The position numbers were made by a program, and so were the translations under genes. A stretch of DNA of 63,849 nucleotides, counting the filler, from an uncultured Methanosarcinales archaeon (GTDB lineage Archaea > Nanobdellota > Nanobdellia > Woesearchaeales > GW2011-AR9): the NCBI GenBank assembly GCA_964434885.1. It is 6 parts of 6 records of this genome, joined end to end, with 100 filler letters (N's around TTAATTAATTAA, not from the genome) between each part and the next. Parts side by side here need not be neighbours in the genome. Positions count along the whole stretch, not along the records: positions 1 to 12,429 come from CAYSWQ010000028.1; 5 more parts are not named here. One strand, written 5' to 3'. This document shows, piece after piece, positions 1 through 9,467 of the stretch. The first letter of the stretch is position 1; every line of letters begins with the position of its first letter. Under the pieces are notes generated by a model. It saw only the letters and a program-made list of their open reading frames with translations, was not told the origin of the DNA and searched no databases.

Positions 1-159
1 AAAAAATTAATTGGTACTTTTGGTAATAAAGAAGATACTTACGAGGAAATTATTAAACGAATGTACGATTTAGCAGTAAAAGAACAATTAAGAGAATTAT
101 TATTATCTTCAGAAAAAGCAATGACTCTAGATCAAGCTAGAAGACTAATCAATGATTAA
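1..159 (+). CDS. Putative antitoxin (RelB/RHH-like), 5'-truncated
   Basis: Open frame 1 KKLIGTFGNKEDTYEEIIKRMYDLAVKEQLRELLLSSEKAMTLDQARRLIND* is not in the ORF track. Its stop overlaps the start of the downstream RelE-like gene (AATGATTAA), as in type II TA pairs. Confidence 0.55.
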   Translation, partial: KKLIGTFGNKEDTYEEIIKRMYDLAVKEQLRELLLSSEKAMTLDQARRLIND

Positions 160-493
160 AGTAACAATTCTTAGAAGTTTAGTTCTGGAAATTAAGAAGA
201 AATTTAACAATAGCGAAGCAAATAAGATTATTGATCTTTTGTACAGCTTACAAGAAAACCCAAATAAAGGAAAACTCCTTGGTTCAGTCGGAGGAATCAT
301 GGTTAAAGAAATTAAGTACAAAAATTTTAGGTTCTATTTTGTCACAGACGGATACAAATTGTTATGTTATTCAAAAAAAGAGATTTGTGATGTGTTAATC
401 CAATTTGTTAGAATGTCAGATAAGAAAAAACAACAAAAAACAATTAATGAAATTAAGAATATTCTATTCGCACTTGGTCCTGAAGGCTTGTAA
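152..493 (+). CDS. RelE/ParE-like toxin
   Basis: Basic 113-aa protein with L..L.ENP..GK.L and E.K...FR.YF patterns; coupled to the small upstream ORF. Confidence 0.55.
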   Translation: MIKVTILRSLVLEIKKKFNNSEANKIIDLLYSLQENPNKGKLLGSVGGIMVKEIKYKNFRFYFVTDGYKLLCYSKKEICDVLIQFVRMSDKKKQQKTINEIKNILFALGPEGL

Positions 494-1460
494 TTCCTTC
501 CTCCAAATCATCACTACAAATCTCAAAGTCATATTTAATCTTCTTCAAAGAATGTTCATATAACTCATCATAGTATTTAACCAATAAAATCTTAGCTGCT
601 TCTATATATTTTCCACCATCAATCAATTTAACAATTTCTTCTTTATTCTTCTTAGAAATTACTTTTTGCAAACCCAAAGTAATCTTTTTAATTTTAGAAA
701 TATTTTCAGAAGTAAAATACTCTCTAACGCATTCCTTAGCCCTAATATCTAGGTCTCTTTTCACATAAACATGAATTCCTTTTCCCATTGCTTTCCAAAA
801 ATTCTCTGGAATCATCAAATCTCCAATACGTCGACTCTCACCTTCAACATAAATAAACTTTTCTTGCCCCAAATCATTCAATCTTTTTAACAACAAAGAA
901 TCAAATTTCTTTTGAGAATTAGGAACCAGCCCTAAACTACCATATAAACTTCCCCGATGTTGAGCAAAACCTTCTAAATCAATAGAATTATCTAATTTAT
1001 TAATCAAATCAGTTTTCCCAGAACAAGTTAACCCATGTAAAACTACCAATTTAGGAATCTCAAAGTTATCTAAACTCTTCCTAACATATTCTCTATATTT
1101 CTTGTAACCACCTTCCAACTGAAAAACATTAAACCCCAATTCTTCAAACAACTTACTCATTACTCCAGAACGCATTCCTCCTCTCCAGCAATACACTACT
1201 AACTCTCTACCTTCATATTTCTTAATTTTCTCAGTAATTCGAGGAATCTTTTTTTCGTAAAAAGCACGACCTTTCTCAATTGCTTGCTCAGTAGAAACCT
1301 GTTTATATATAGTACCCACAATTGCCCTTTCTGAATCATCCAGAATTGGAATATTAATTGCCCCAATGATACAATCTTCTGCAAATTCTTTCGGAGATCT
1401 AGTATCTACAAAAACAAAATCTCCATTCAAAGCATCTTTAACTTTAATCTTTTCAACCAT
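453..1460 (-). CDS. selU: tRNA 2-selenouridine(34) synthase SelU/MnmH
   Basis: Rhodanese domain (D.RSP.EF, CWRGGMRS) plus P-loop GLTCSGKT, DLEG.A.HRGS and EGESRRIG motifs. Confidence 0.93.
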   Translation of the reverse strand: MVEKIKVKDALNGDFVFVDTRSPKEFAEDCIIGAINIPILDDSERAIVGTIYKQVSTEQAIEKGRAFYEKKIPRITEKIKKYEGRELVVYCWRGGMRSGVMSKLFEELGFNVFQLEGGYKKYREYVRKSLDNFEIPKLVVLHGLTCSGKTDLINKLDNSIDLEGFAQHRGSLYGSLGLVPNSQKKFDSLLLKRLNDLGQEKFIYVEGESRRIGDLMIPENFWKAMGKGIHVYVKRDLDIRAKECVREYFTSENISKIKKITLGLQKVISKKNKEEIVKLIDGGKYIEAAKILLVKYYDELYEHSLKKIKYDFEICSDDLEEGITSLQDQVRIEYS

Positions 1461-1509
1461 TTTAATTCAAAGAAACAGACCAATAATAAATGTTTTGGGT
1501 AAAAACACA

Positions 1510-2559
1510 TCATGCATCTTTATTCAATACACAATCAAATAAATAATTTTTACATGGATGAAATTTTTTCATCTTATAACCTTTCTTATTCAAATGTTTA
1601 AATAAAAAAGTAGATCCTGGAAATTGTTTATTACAACAACTTGTAAATTGGTAAAGAAATCCTTTATTTTTAGATCCAATGTGATTAACATACTCATTCA
1701 AATCTTCCTTCGAACCAGATATCTCACCATCAGAAACAAAAATCAAATCTACAGGCAGTTTTGAATTAATTTTTATGAATTTGGGCACTTTAGTACCTTC
1801 TCCTTGAAAATAGTTGATACCTTCAATAATTTTTCTCTTATTCTTACCTGGAGAAATATATCTTGATTTATCTGAAAAATTTGTTATTGCTACTTTATAA
1901 CCTCTTCTTAATGCTGCCAAAGCAATTCCTGCTGCACAAGTTTGAACATGGGAATTAGTGGTACTTTGTGAGGTATCTACATATATGTGGGCAATTCTTT
2001 TTTCTAATACATTGAGATGTATTTTTTTATAGGGATTACAAGCTGATTCTCCACTCCCTCCTCCTGGAAGATTTCTTTCTGCCATTCTATTCAATTCACT
2101 TCTACTTTCTACTAATGGTAATTGGTTTACTAGATATCTACTTTTTTTTGCCTTTTTTTTAGTAGAACCAGGCAATTTAGCATCTGGGGTATATAGTTTA
2201 TCTTCTAAAAAAGATGATAATCGGTAAATATTTTTAGGTCTTCCCGGTCTCATCTTAAGAAGTGGATTTGTTTTAACTTGACCTTTTATTTTTCTCTGCT
2301 TAACTACTTGTTTTCTTTTTCTTCTATTAATTGAAAGACTTTTTCTTTTAACTTTTTTATTTTCTTTTAACACTGGTTTTTCCTGTTGTACTATGTTATC
2401 TTTAGTTGTTTTTTTAGGTTCTTTAACTATTTCAAGTTCATATACTGTATTTGGAGGTGGATTAATTTTATCAGGCAAGGCCATACTTAGTCCTGCAGCT
2501 AAACCCAAATGTAAACTAATGGAAACAATAATATTTTCTAAAAGACCTGTTTTCTTCAT
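1510..2559 (-). CDS. Membrane-anchored vWA-domain protein
   Basis: N-terminal TM helix with a TonB-like Ser/His pattern (VSISLH), Lys/Pro-rich linker, MIDAS-like DTSQS...GT...SDG. Confidence 0.65.
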   Translation of the reverse strand: MKKTGLLENIIVSISLHLGLAAGLSMALPDKINPPPNTVYELEIVKEPKKTTKDNIVQQEKPVLKENKKVKRKSLSINRRKRKQVVKQRKIKGQVKTNPLLKMRPGRPKNIYRLSSFLEDKLYTPDAKLPGSTKKKAKKSRYLVNQLPLVESRSELNRMAERNLPGGGSGESACNPYKKIHLNVLEKRIAHIYVDTSQSTTNSHVQTCAAGIALAALRRGYKVAITNFSDKSRYISPGKNKRKIIEGINYFQGEGTKVPKFIKINSKLPVDLIFVSDGEISGSKEDLNEYVNHIGSKNKGFLYQFTSCCNKQFPGSTFLFKHLNKKGYKMKKFHPCKNYLFDCVLNKDA

Positions 2560-2656
2560 AATATATTAGAAAAAACCCATATTTATAAATTTATAGTTTT
2601 TTTATTACTCAAAAGTAGTTGTATAATAATTTTAAAAAGATATTTTTAAAAAATAA

Positions 2657-3721
2657 CTATTGGTTGTAAATCTTCTTCTCAACTTCTCTTACTCTACCTA
2701 AGAAACCTTTTAATTCAGATCGAGAATCAAAACTAACAACCCCCTCAAATGCAGTCAACCATTGAGTCCGATAACTTCTTTTTTTATCAGTCACATCAAC
2801 TTCTTTTTGCATTTCATCATAAAAATCACTAAACTTACTTAAACTATTAACTAAATCTAAAGGATCAACATTAAAATTATCAATGGACTTTCCAGTACTC
2901 ATTATTGTACCTGGATTATTTTCATCCAATATTGTTGCTAATTTTCTCACATAACAATTTGCTTCCATTTGAGCAACAACCTTGCCAGAATTTTCAAAAA
3001 GATCAGGATCCATTGTTCTTATTTCAATTACTGGTCGAAGAGTATTGTCTTTTAATTCAAATCTTTGATTATAAATTCCTATTATTCCTTCACTAATCCC
3101 ATATTTAACAAAAGAAGGATTCGCTATTTGACATTTAAAATCTGGGTGCCCACTAACTACTTCTTTCCATTTTTGTTTATATTCAGAAACAACTGCTGCA
3201 ACTTCTTCAATAGGTTTGCATTCTACTTCTGAATGCCTAGTTGCTTGATTAATGGTTTTTAATCTTTGTTTTAATTGACTTGCAGTATAATTCAATCCAG
3301 GAGATCTAACAAATTCATTTGGCTTTGTTTGATCAAAACCAGCAAATTTTAATAACTCTTCTATTTTTTGTTTATAAGATTGGGTTTTTTCTGGATTTAT
3401 TTCTGGCGAATCTGTATGGATTGTTCGTACAGTTAGTTCAGATTGATTCTCATCAAATACTTGTAAATGCGGGATAAATATTTTGGCTCCTTCATATTCA
3501 ACTATTTCACCTGGTCGAGTTAGATGGAGAGTTCTAGAAACTGAATCAAACCAACCATCTTCTTCTTCACAACCAAAAATAGGAGTATCCCAACCTAAAA
3601 TTCTATTGACTTCTAAGTTTCCTTCTTCAAAACCTTCTTCTCTAATAACATCCATTAAATCAGAATCCAATGATTTCTTATAGCTATCGCCACCACATAC
3701 CATATTTGACTTTACATACAC
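2657..3721 (-). CDS. Hypothetical protein
   Basis: 354-aa ORF, no motif recognised. Confidence 0.6.
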   Translation of the reverse strand: MYVKSNMVCGGDSYKKSLDSDLMDVIREEGFEEGNLEVNRILGWDTPIFGCEEEDGWFDSVSRTLHLTRPGEIVEYEGAKIFIPHLQVFDENQSELTVRTIHTDSPEINPEKTQSYKQKIEELLKFAGFDQTKPNEFVRSPGLNYTASQLKQRLKTINQATRHSEVECKPIEEVAAVVSEYKQKWKEVVSGHPDFKCQIANPSFVKYGISEGIIGIYNQRFELKDNTLRPVIEIRTMDPDLFENSGKVVAQMEANCYVRKLATILDENNPGTIMSTGKSIDNFNVDPLDLVNSLSKFSDFYDEMQKEVDVTDKKRSYRTQWLTAFEGVVSFDSRSELKGFLGRVREVEKKIYNQ

Positions 3722-3763
3722 TTAATTTATAAAACTTATGCAAGAGTACTTAGAAGTAGTTAA

Positions 3764-5557
3764 TCACAACCCTTGCTGCAAATTCCACAATCTTCGATAC
3801 AACCCCCCTTTCTTCTTGGTTAAATCCTGATGACTACCGACTTCCACAATTTTCCCTTCTCTCAAAGCCACAATTACATCTGCTTTCATAATTGTTGATA
3901 ATCGATGAGCTATCATTATAGTTGTACGACCCACCATCAATTTCTCCAAATCCTTCTGAATTTCTTTCTCTGTTTCCGAATCCAAGGCAGAAGTTGCTTC
4001 ATCCAATACTAAAATTTTCTTATCTGCCAAAATTGCTCTAGCTATACTTACTCTTTGTTTCTCTCCACCAGACAATTTAATTCCTCTTTCCCCAACTATT
4101 GTTTTCTCTTTTTTAGGTAATTTCTCAATCAATTTATCTAATTGGGCAAACTTAATGGCTTCCCAAACTTTTTCCTTACTTGCTTTTGGATTAGCATAAG
4201 CTACATTAAAGAAAATTGTATTATCAAATAAGATTGGTTCTTGTGGAACTATGCTCATGCTATTGCGCAAAGACTCTTGATCTACCAGAGAAATATCTTG
4301 GCCATCAATCAAAATTTTTCCTTTATTTAAATCAAACAACCTATACAACAATTTAACCATGGTGCTTTTTCCTCCACCTGAAGGCCCCATAAAAGCAACT
4401 TTAGTATTTGGTTTAATCTTCAAATTTAAACCACCAATCCCAAAAGCTTCACCTCTAGTTTGTGGATAGGCAAAATGAATATTTTTGTACTCTACTTCTC
4501 CTTTCTTAACTTTCAACTTCTTTGCTTCTGGAACATCAACTACCTCGTTCTTTTCTTTAAACATTTCAAACAAAGCAGTAACATCAATATTTGATCTAAT
4601 AAATTGTCTATAACCATGCATCAAACTATGTAAGTAAGGTAATAATTTCCAAATTGAAGCATAGATTAAAGTAATACTTCCTATGGTTAAATTTCCTTCA
4701 GCAAAACCACTAAAACTCAAGTAAACAATAGCTGATATTCCTCCAATTAAAATTACAGTTTGAATGGCCACATACCAACTAAAATAATCCCAAAAAACAA
4801 TCCTGGCTTTTTTTAATTTCTTGGATAATCCCGAAAAATAACCCTGGGTTCTTTTCTCTTTTCCAAAATATTTTACTGTTTCAATATTTAAAAAAACATC
4901 ACTAAGATTTTGCTTCAAGATGTCTTCTTGATAATTGGTATCATTTTGAGGTACTTTTTGTTTACCTGTAACCCAAAAACCAAAAATGATGTAGGCAACC
5001 ACCATAATAAACAAAGCTACCGAAGTTCTAAAATCAAAATATAAAATTACTCCTACCGATAAAACAATTCTAATAATTACTGGAAAAAAATTAAACCAAA
5101 TTGCATCTAGTAGTGATTCAACTTTACCCACTCCTCTAGTAAATTGAGAAATAATAGATCCTGTTTTTTTATTAATGTGGTATCTATAAGACAAATTCAT
5201 CACATGCCAAAAAGAATCTTTTTCTAAATTATTCATGAACTTTCCTTCTAACCTATTAAAAACCCTAATTTTCACATACCATAACAAACTATTAAACACT
5301 CCTCTCAATGAAAAAAAGACAACCACAATCAAAGATAGGAAATGTAAAAATTCTGTTTTAGTTATAATGTTGGCAGTCAAATCTGCCCCTTTATCTATTA
5401 AAAATTTTAATAAAAAGTTATCAAAAAAAGCCAAGATTTCAATAACAATCAAGATTGTAAATAATAATGCTATTCTTTTCTTATCTTTTTTTAAGTACGA
5501 CCAAATTATCTTCAGATTATATTTGGTATCTACTTCATATTTTTTGATGTTATACAT
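3764..5557 (-). CDS. ABC exporter, fused permease/ATPase (ABCB/Atm1-like)
   Basis: TM domain, Walker A GPSGGGKS, signature LSGGEKQR, Walker B ILVLDEATSALD. Confidence 0.92.
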   Translation of the reverse strand: MYNIKKYEVDTKYNLKIIWSYLKKDKKRIALLFTILIVIEILAFFDNFLLKFLIDKGADLTANIITKTEFLHFLSLIVVVFFSLRGVFNSLLWYVKIRVFNRLEGKFMNNLEKDSFWHVMNLSYRYHINKKTGSIISQFTRGVGKVESLLDAIWFNFFPVIIRIVLSVGVILYFDFRTSVALFIMVVAYIIFGFWVTGKQKVPQNDTNYQEDILKQNLSDVFLNIETVKYFGKEKRTQGYFSGLSKKLKKARIVFWDYFSWYVAIQTVILIGGISAIVYLSFSGFAEGNLTIGSITLIYASIWKLLPYLHSLMHGYRQFIRSNIDVTALFEMFKEKNEVVDVPEAKKLKVKKGEVEYKNIHFAYPQTRGEAFGIGGLNLKIKPNTKVAFMGPSGGGKSTMVKLLYRLFDLNKGKILIDGQDISLVDQESLRNSMSIVPQEPILFDNTIFFNVAYANPKASKEKVWEAIKFAQLDKLIEKLPKKEKTIVGERGIKLSGGEKQRVSIARAILADKKILVLDEATSALDSETEKEIQKDLEKLMVGRTTIMIAHRLSTIMKADVIVALREGKIVEVGSHQDLTKKKGGLYRRLWNLQQGL

Positions 5558-5658
5558 TAGTCTATCCTCTATTAAATATAATATATAGAATCCAGAAGTA
5601 ATATTTAAAACTATGTTTTTTGCAAAAACTTAAAAACATTGCTATACTACATTATCAA

Positions 5659-6417
5659 ATGCCAACTTCAAAAAAATCAATAAAAGAATACAACAATAAT
5701 TATCGAGAATGGTTAGAAAATAAAGGATTGGGCCACTCTCATCTAGAAAAACCTGCAATGTATTCTATGTTGGGGGACATCAAAAACAAAAAAATTCTTT
5801 GTTTGGGTTGTGGTGCTGGTGAAGAATGTGAATATTTATTGTCACAAGGTGCTAAACAAGTTGTAGGGATTGATATTTCTAAAAGTTTAATTAAAATAGC
5901 TCAGAAATCTTACCCCCATATTAAATTTAGTGTTATGGATATGGAAAAAATTGATTATTCGGATTCTTCTTTTGATTTTGTATATTCTAGTTTAGTTTTA
6001 CATTATGTAAAAGATTGGACCCAAGTACTTCAAGAGATCAATCGAGTTCTCAAATCAAATGGAATTTTTCTCTTCTCTACACATAATCCAGTGTATTGGG
6101 GTTTTACTAAAGAAATAAACAATAATGAAAAAGTACGCCGATTAGGCTATCGTAAGAATTTAGTAACGAAACAAATTGAAGTCTTCGGAGATTATCTTAA
6201 AGTTAAAAAAATCAGAGACATTTGGTATAATAATTTTAAAGTTACTTACTATCACAAACCTTTTTCTTTTATGATTAAGGAGATTATCTCCTCTGGATTT
6301 AAGATTATCGAATGCCAAGAACCTAAACCAACTATCGAAACTAAAAAAATAGCTCCTGAATTCTGGAAGAAAGCCAGCAGAATTCCTCTTTTTATAATTT
6401 TTAAATTAAAGAAGTGA
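5659..6417 (+). CDS. Class I SAM-dependent methyltransferase
   Basis: ILCLGCGAG, GIDIS, FDFVYSSLVLHY, RVLK..G; ATG 5659 preferred over TTG 5620. Confidence 0.88.
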   Translation: MPTSKKSIKEYNNNYREWLENKGLGHSHLEKPAMYSMLGDIKNKKILCLGCGAGEECEYLLSQGAKQVVGIDISKSLIKIAQKSYPHIKFSVMDMEKIDYSDSSFDFVYSSLVLHYVKDWTQVLQEINRVLKSNGIFLFSTHNPVYWGFTKEINNNEKVRRLGYRKNLVTKQIEVFGDYLKVKKIRDIWYNNFKVTYYHKPFSFMIKEIISSGFKIIECQEPKPTIETKKIAPEFWKKASRIPLFIIFKLKK

Positions 6418-6756
6418 TTTATAATAAATCCATATTCCCGAAAAACCAGCAAAGATTCCAGTAATTACCCATACTAATGAGGGAGCACCCTGATACAAGG
6501 CCAACAACAATCCCAAAATCGCACTTAATGACCACAAAATCTTCAAAGTTAACATTATTGAAAAATCTTTTTTCTTAGTAAAATACGAAGCCCCTCCAAT
6601 TCCAATCAAAGCAGCTCCCACTAAGCGAGGAGTAACAGTTTCCACTGTTTTCAACCCAAATAATCCCAAATTCCATTCTGGAAACAACAATAAGGGAATC
6701 GCAAAAATAATATCAACAACAAAATGAATCAAAAACCACACTCGCAAAGATTTCAT
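6406..6756 (-). CDS. Small multi-pass membrane protein
   Basis: About four hydrophobic segments in 116 aa. Confidence 0.65.
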   Translation of the reverse strand: MKSLRVWFLIHFVVDIIFAIPLLLFPEWNLGLFGLKTVETVTPRLVGAALIGIGGASYFTKKKDFSIMLTLKILWSLSAILGLLLALYQGAPSLVWVITGIFAGFSGIWIYYKSLL

Positions 6757-6800
6757 ACATTTAGTAATTGTTTAAAGTATATAAAATTATGCTCAACTTA

Positions 6801-6978
6801 GGCTTCATCCAGAATAGAGGAAATCTGTATACTGCGTGCCGGCGCGAGGATTTTGAGGGTAGCGCCAAAGGAGGCCCATTTTTCCGTCGTTTTGAGGAAA
6901 AATCACTGGGCCGTGCCCTACCCACAAAATGCGCCTATTGCAGGCAGTATACAGAAATGTATTATTCTGGATGAAGTC
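6801..6978. mobile_element. MITE-like fold-back element (178 bp)
   Basis: TIR GGCTTCATCCAGAATA / TATTCTGGATGAAGTC (15/16 match), flanked by direct repeat TCAACTTA (6793-6800, 6979-6986). The GC-rich interior is a series of nested inverted repeats. Confidence 0.8.
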
Positions 6979-7034
6979 TCAACTTATTTATTATTAAACG
7001 TAACTTTATAACTGAGAGTCATTTTAACACAGTG

Positions 7035-8273
7035 ATGACAGAAATAACTTCATTTAAAGATCTAAAATTGATTCCACCTTTACAAAAAGCAATTGATAAA
7101 AAAGGTTACAAAGTACCAACTCCCATCCAAGTAGAATCTATTCCTGGATTACTAAAAGGTAAAGATTTAATTGGAATTGCACAAACTGGAACAGGTAAAA
7201 CTGCTGCTTTTATCTTACCACTTTTACAAAGAATGAAAGAGCAATATCCAAGGAAAATCAAAACTTTAATTTTAACTCCAACAAGAGAATTAGCTGCTCA
7301 AATTGGAACTAGTATTTCTACGTATGGTAAATTTCTAAATTACAAACACACAGTTATTTTTGGTGGTGTTGGCCAAGGTAGACAAGTCTCAGATTTAAGA
7401 AAAGGAGTAGATATTGTAGTCGCAACCCCAGGTAGATTATTAGATTTATTGAATCAAAAAAAATTAACTCTCAATAATATAGAATTTTTTGTCTTAGATG
7501 AAGCTGATCGAATGTTAGATATGGGTTTTATTCATGATATCAAAAAAATAATTGCGAAATTACCATCTAAACGACAATCTTTATTTTTCTCAGCTACAAT
7601 GGGACCTAAAATTAACCAATTAGCCAAAAGTCTTCTTAAAAATCCAATTCATGTTGAAATCACTCCTTCAGCTACAACAGTAGAAAGAATCAAACAACGT
7701 CTTTTTTTCGTTGATTCCCACAAAAAACAAAAATTGTTATTAGAATTACTAAAAGAAAAACATTTAACTAGTGTTTTAGTTTTTACCAGAACAAAACACC
7801 GAGCTAACAAATTATCTACTTTTCTAAATAAAAACAATATCAAGTCTGATGCTATCCATGGCAATAAATCCCAAAAAGCGAGAACTCGCGCAATTAGAAA
7901 TTTTAGAAAAAGTAAAATCAAAGTCTTGGTCGCTACCGATATTGCTGCGAGAGGAATTGATATAGATAATATCTCTCATGTTATTAATTTTGAATTACCA
8001 AATGAACCAGAAAGTTATGTTCATCGGATTGGTAGAACTGCTCGGGCCGGAACTGATGGTACTGCTTACTCTTTTTGTGCTGCGGATGAAAGAAACTACT
8101 TAAGAGATATTGAAAAATTAATCAAGCAAAAAATTGAAGTTATTAAGCATGATTTTCATTCTGAAACTGCTAAAAATGCTACTGGGGCTGCAGCACGACC
8201 TCCACCTCGAAGACAATTTTCTAAAAAACGTAAACCGAAATACAAGCGTACTTTTCGAGCAAGAAATAAATAA
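7035..8273 (+). CDS. DEAD-box RNA helicase (RhlE-like)
   Basis: PTPIQ, AQTGTGKT, PTRELA, TPGRL, DEAD, SAT, ARGID, HRIGRTAR. Confidence 0.95.
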   Translation: MTEITSFKDLKLIPPLQKAIDKKGYKVPTPIQVESIPGLLKGKDLIGIAQTGTGKTAAFILPLLQRMKEQYPRKIKTLILTPTRELAAQIGTSISTYGKFLNYKHTVIFGGVGQGRQVSDLRKGVDIVVATPGRLLDLLNQKKLTLNNIEFFVLDEADRMLDMGFIHDIKKIIAKLPSKRQSLFFSATMGPKINQLAKSLLKNPIHVEITPSATTVERIKQRLFFVDSHKKQKLLLELLKEKHLTSVLVFTRTKHRANKLSTFLNKNNIKSDAIHGNKSQKARTRAIRNFRKSKIKVLVATDIAARGIDIDNISHVINFELPNEPESYVHRIGRTARAGTDGTAYSFCAADERNYLRDIEKLIKQKIEVIKHDFHSETAKNATGAAARPPPRRQFSKKRKPKYKRTFRARNK

Positions 8274-8336
8274 GAGCAAAATATTTATAATTAGGGTTAA
8301 TTTTCAATCAAAAGTGGTTTTCTGAGAGTTGATAAA

Positions 8337-9044
8337 ATGTCATTAGAAAAAACAATTGTACATATTGGACCTGCTATTGCTTCTCTTCCAGAAGAAGTTA
8401 AACCTGGAGAAAAACATTATTGCTTTGATCCAGGTTATGCCAACAATCCAACTACACTAAATTATGATTTTCTCTTATCTCCAGGTTGTTCTTATGAAGA
8501 AATGGTTGAAAGGTTTATGCAAAAAACTAACACTTATCTCTTATCTGACCCATCAATTGAAAAATTAAAAAAACAAGGGGTTGAATTTTTTGGTCAACCT
8601 GCTGTTAAAACACCCCTATCTGCAAATTCTGTAGATGAAATTTATGCTTTTAATGTTTTTAGTGCCCCAAGAAGAACACACACTTGGAAAACTTTTTGTG
8701 AAGCAGAAAGAATTCTGAAACCTTCTGGTTCTTTTTATATTGGTGCGTTTTGCACTCCAGAATATTTTTCTTTGAATAATCTCCAACAAGTTGCCGAAAT
8801 TACTGGTTTTGATACAGAGGTTTTAGTTGATTGTGTTGTAGAAAGAGAAATAACTTCTGAAGAAGCAGCAATCATTACCAATTCATTTAGACCACGTCTC
8901 TATTGTGTAGAAGGAAACAAAATGAACAACATTTATCTAACTAAATTAAATAAAAACTTACATAAAACAAACCATTATGATCTTTTAATTGAAGAAGTAT
9001 TAAATGAACCAGGAAATTCCAAATTAAAAGAAATTTTATTTTAA
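8337..9044 (+). CDS. Divergent methyltransferase-fold protein
   Basis: VHIGP motif-I-like start, SVDEIY, EAERILKPSG. Confidence 0.5.
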   Translation: MSLEKTIVHIGPAIASLPEEVKPGEKHYCFDPGYANNPTTLNYDFLLSPGCSYEEMVERFMQKTNTYLLSDPSIEKLKKQGVEFFGQPAVKTPLSANSVDEIYAFNVFSAPRRTHTWKTFCEAERILKPSGSFYIGAFCTPEYFSLNNLQQVAEITGFDTEVLVDCVVEREITSEEAAIITNSFRPRLYCVEGNKMNNIYLTKLNKNLHKTNHYDLLIEEVLNEPGNSKLKEILF

Positions 9045-9080
9045 ACAGATTCATAATAAAACTAAAATTTGACAGATAAA

Positions 9081-9416
9081 ATGGATGATCTTGAAATAGA
9101 ATTAATGAAAATTATTATGGAAGGAAGAAAAGCACGTACGGTTTGTCATGAACTTGGTTTCTCTCCGGAAAAAACCCAAATACAAGTCTATGTTCATACC
9201 ATGATGAATGGTTATCTTTTTGATGATGTAGATGAGGTAACTGAAGTTATTCAACAAGTTGGAGAAGCTTCACCTCACTTAAATGAAGCTGCTAAAATAA
9301 TGGGTGGAGCAATACAAAAATTTAATCAAGATCCAGTTTATCGGAAAGAAGTTCTAGAAGAATATCTTAAATTTGTTAAACCCAGAATTAATGATTGTCA
9401 ATTAGCCGAGAGTTAA
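9081..9416 (+). CDS. Hypothetical protein
   Basis: ORF; ATG 9081 preferred over TTG 9069. Confidence 0.5.
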   Translation: MDDLEIELMKIIMEGRKARTVCHELGFSPEKTQIQVYVHTMMNGYLFDDVDEVTEVIQQVGEASPHLNEAAKIMGGAIQKFNQDPVYRKEVLEEYLKFVKPRINDCQLAES

Positions 9417-9467
9417 ATTACTTTCTTTTGCAGTTAACTTTATAAGTCCTTTTTATTTAATAAGTAT

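Noticed and set aside
6768..6974. 68-aa track ORF
   Set aside because: It runs through the palindromic MITE, has a TTG start and no protein features.
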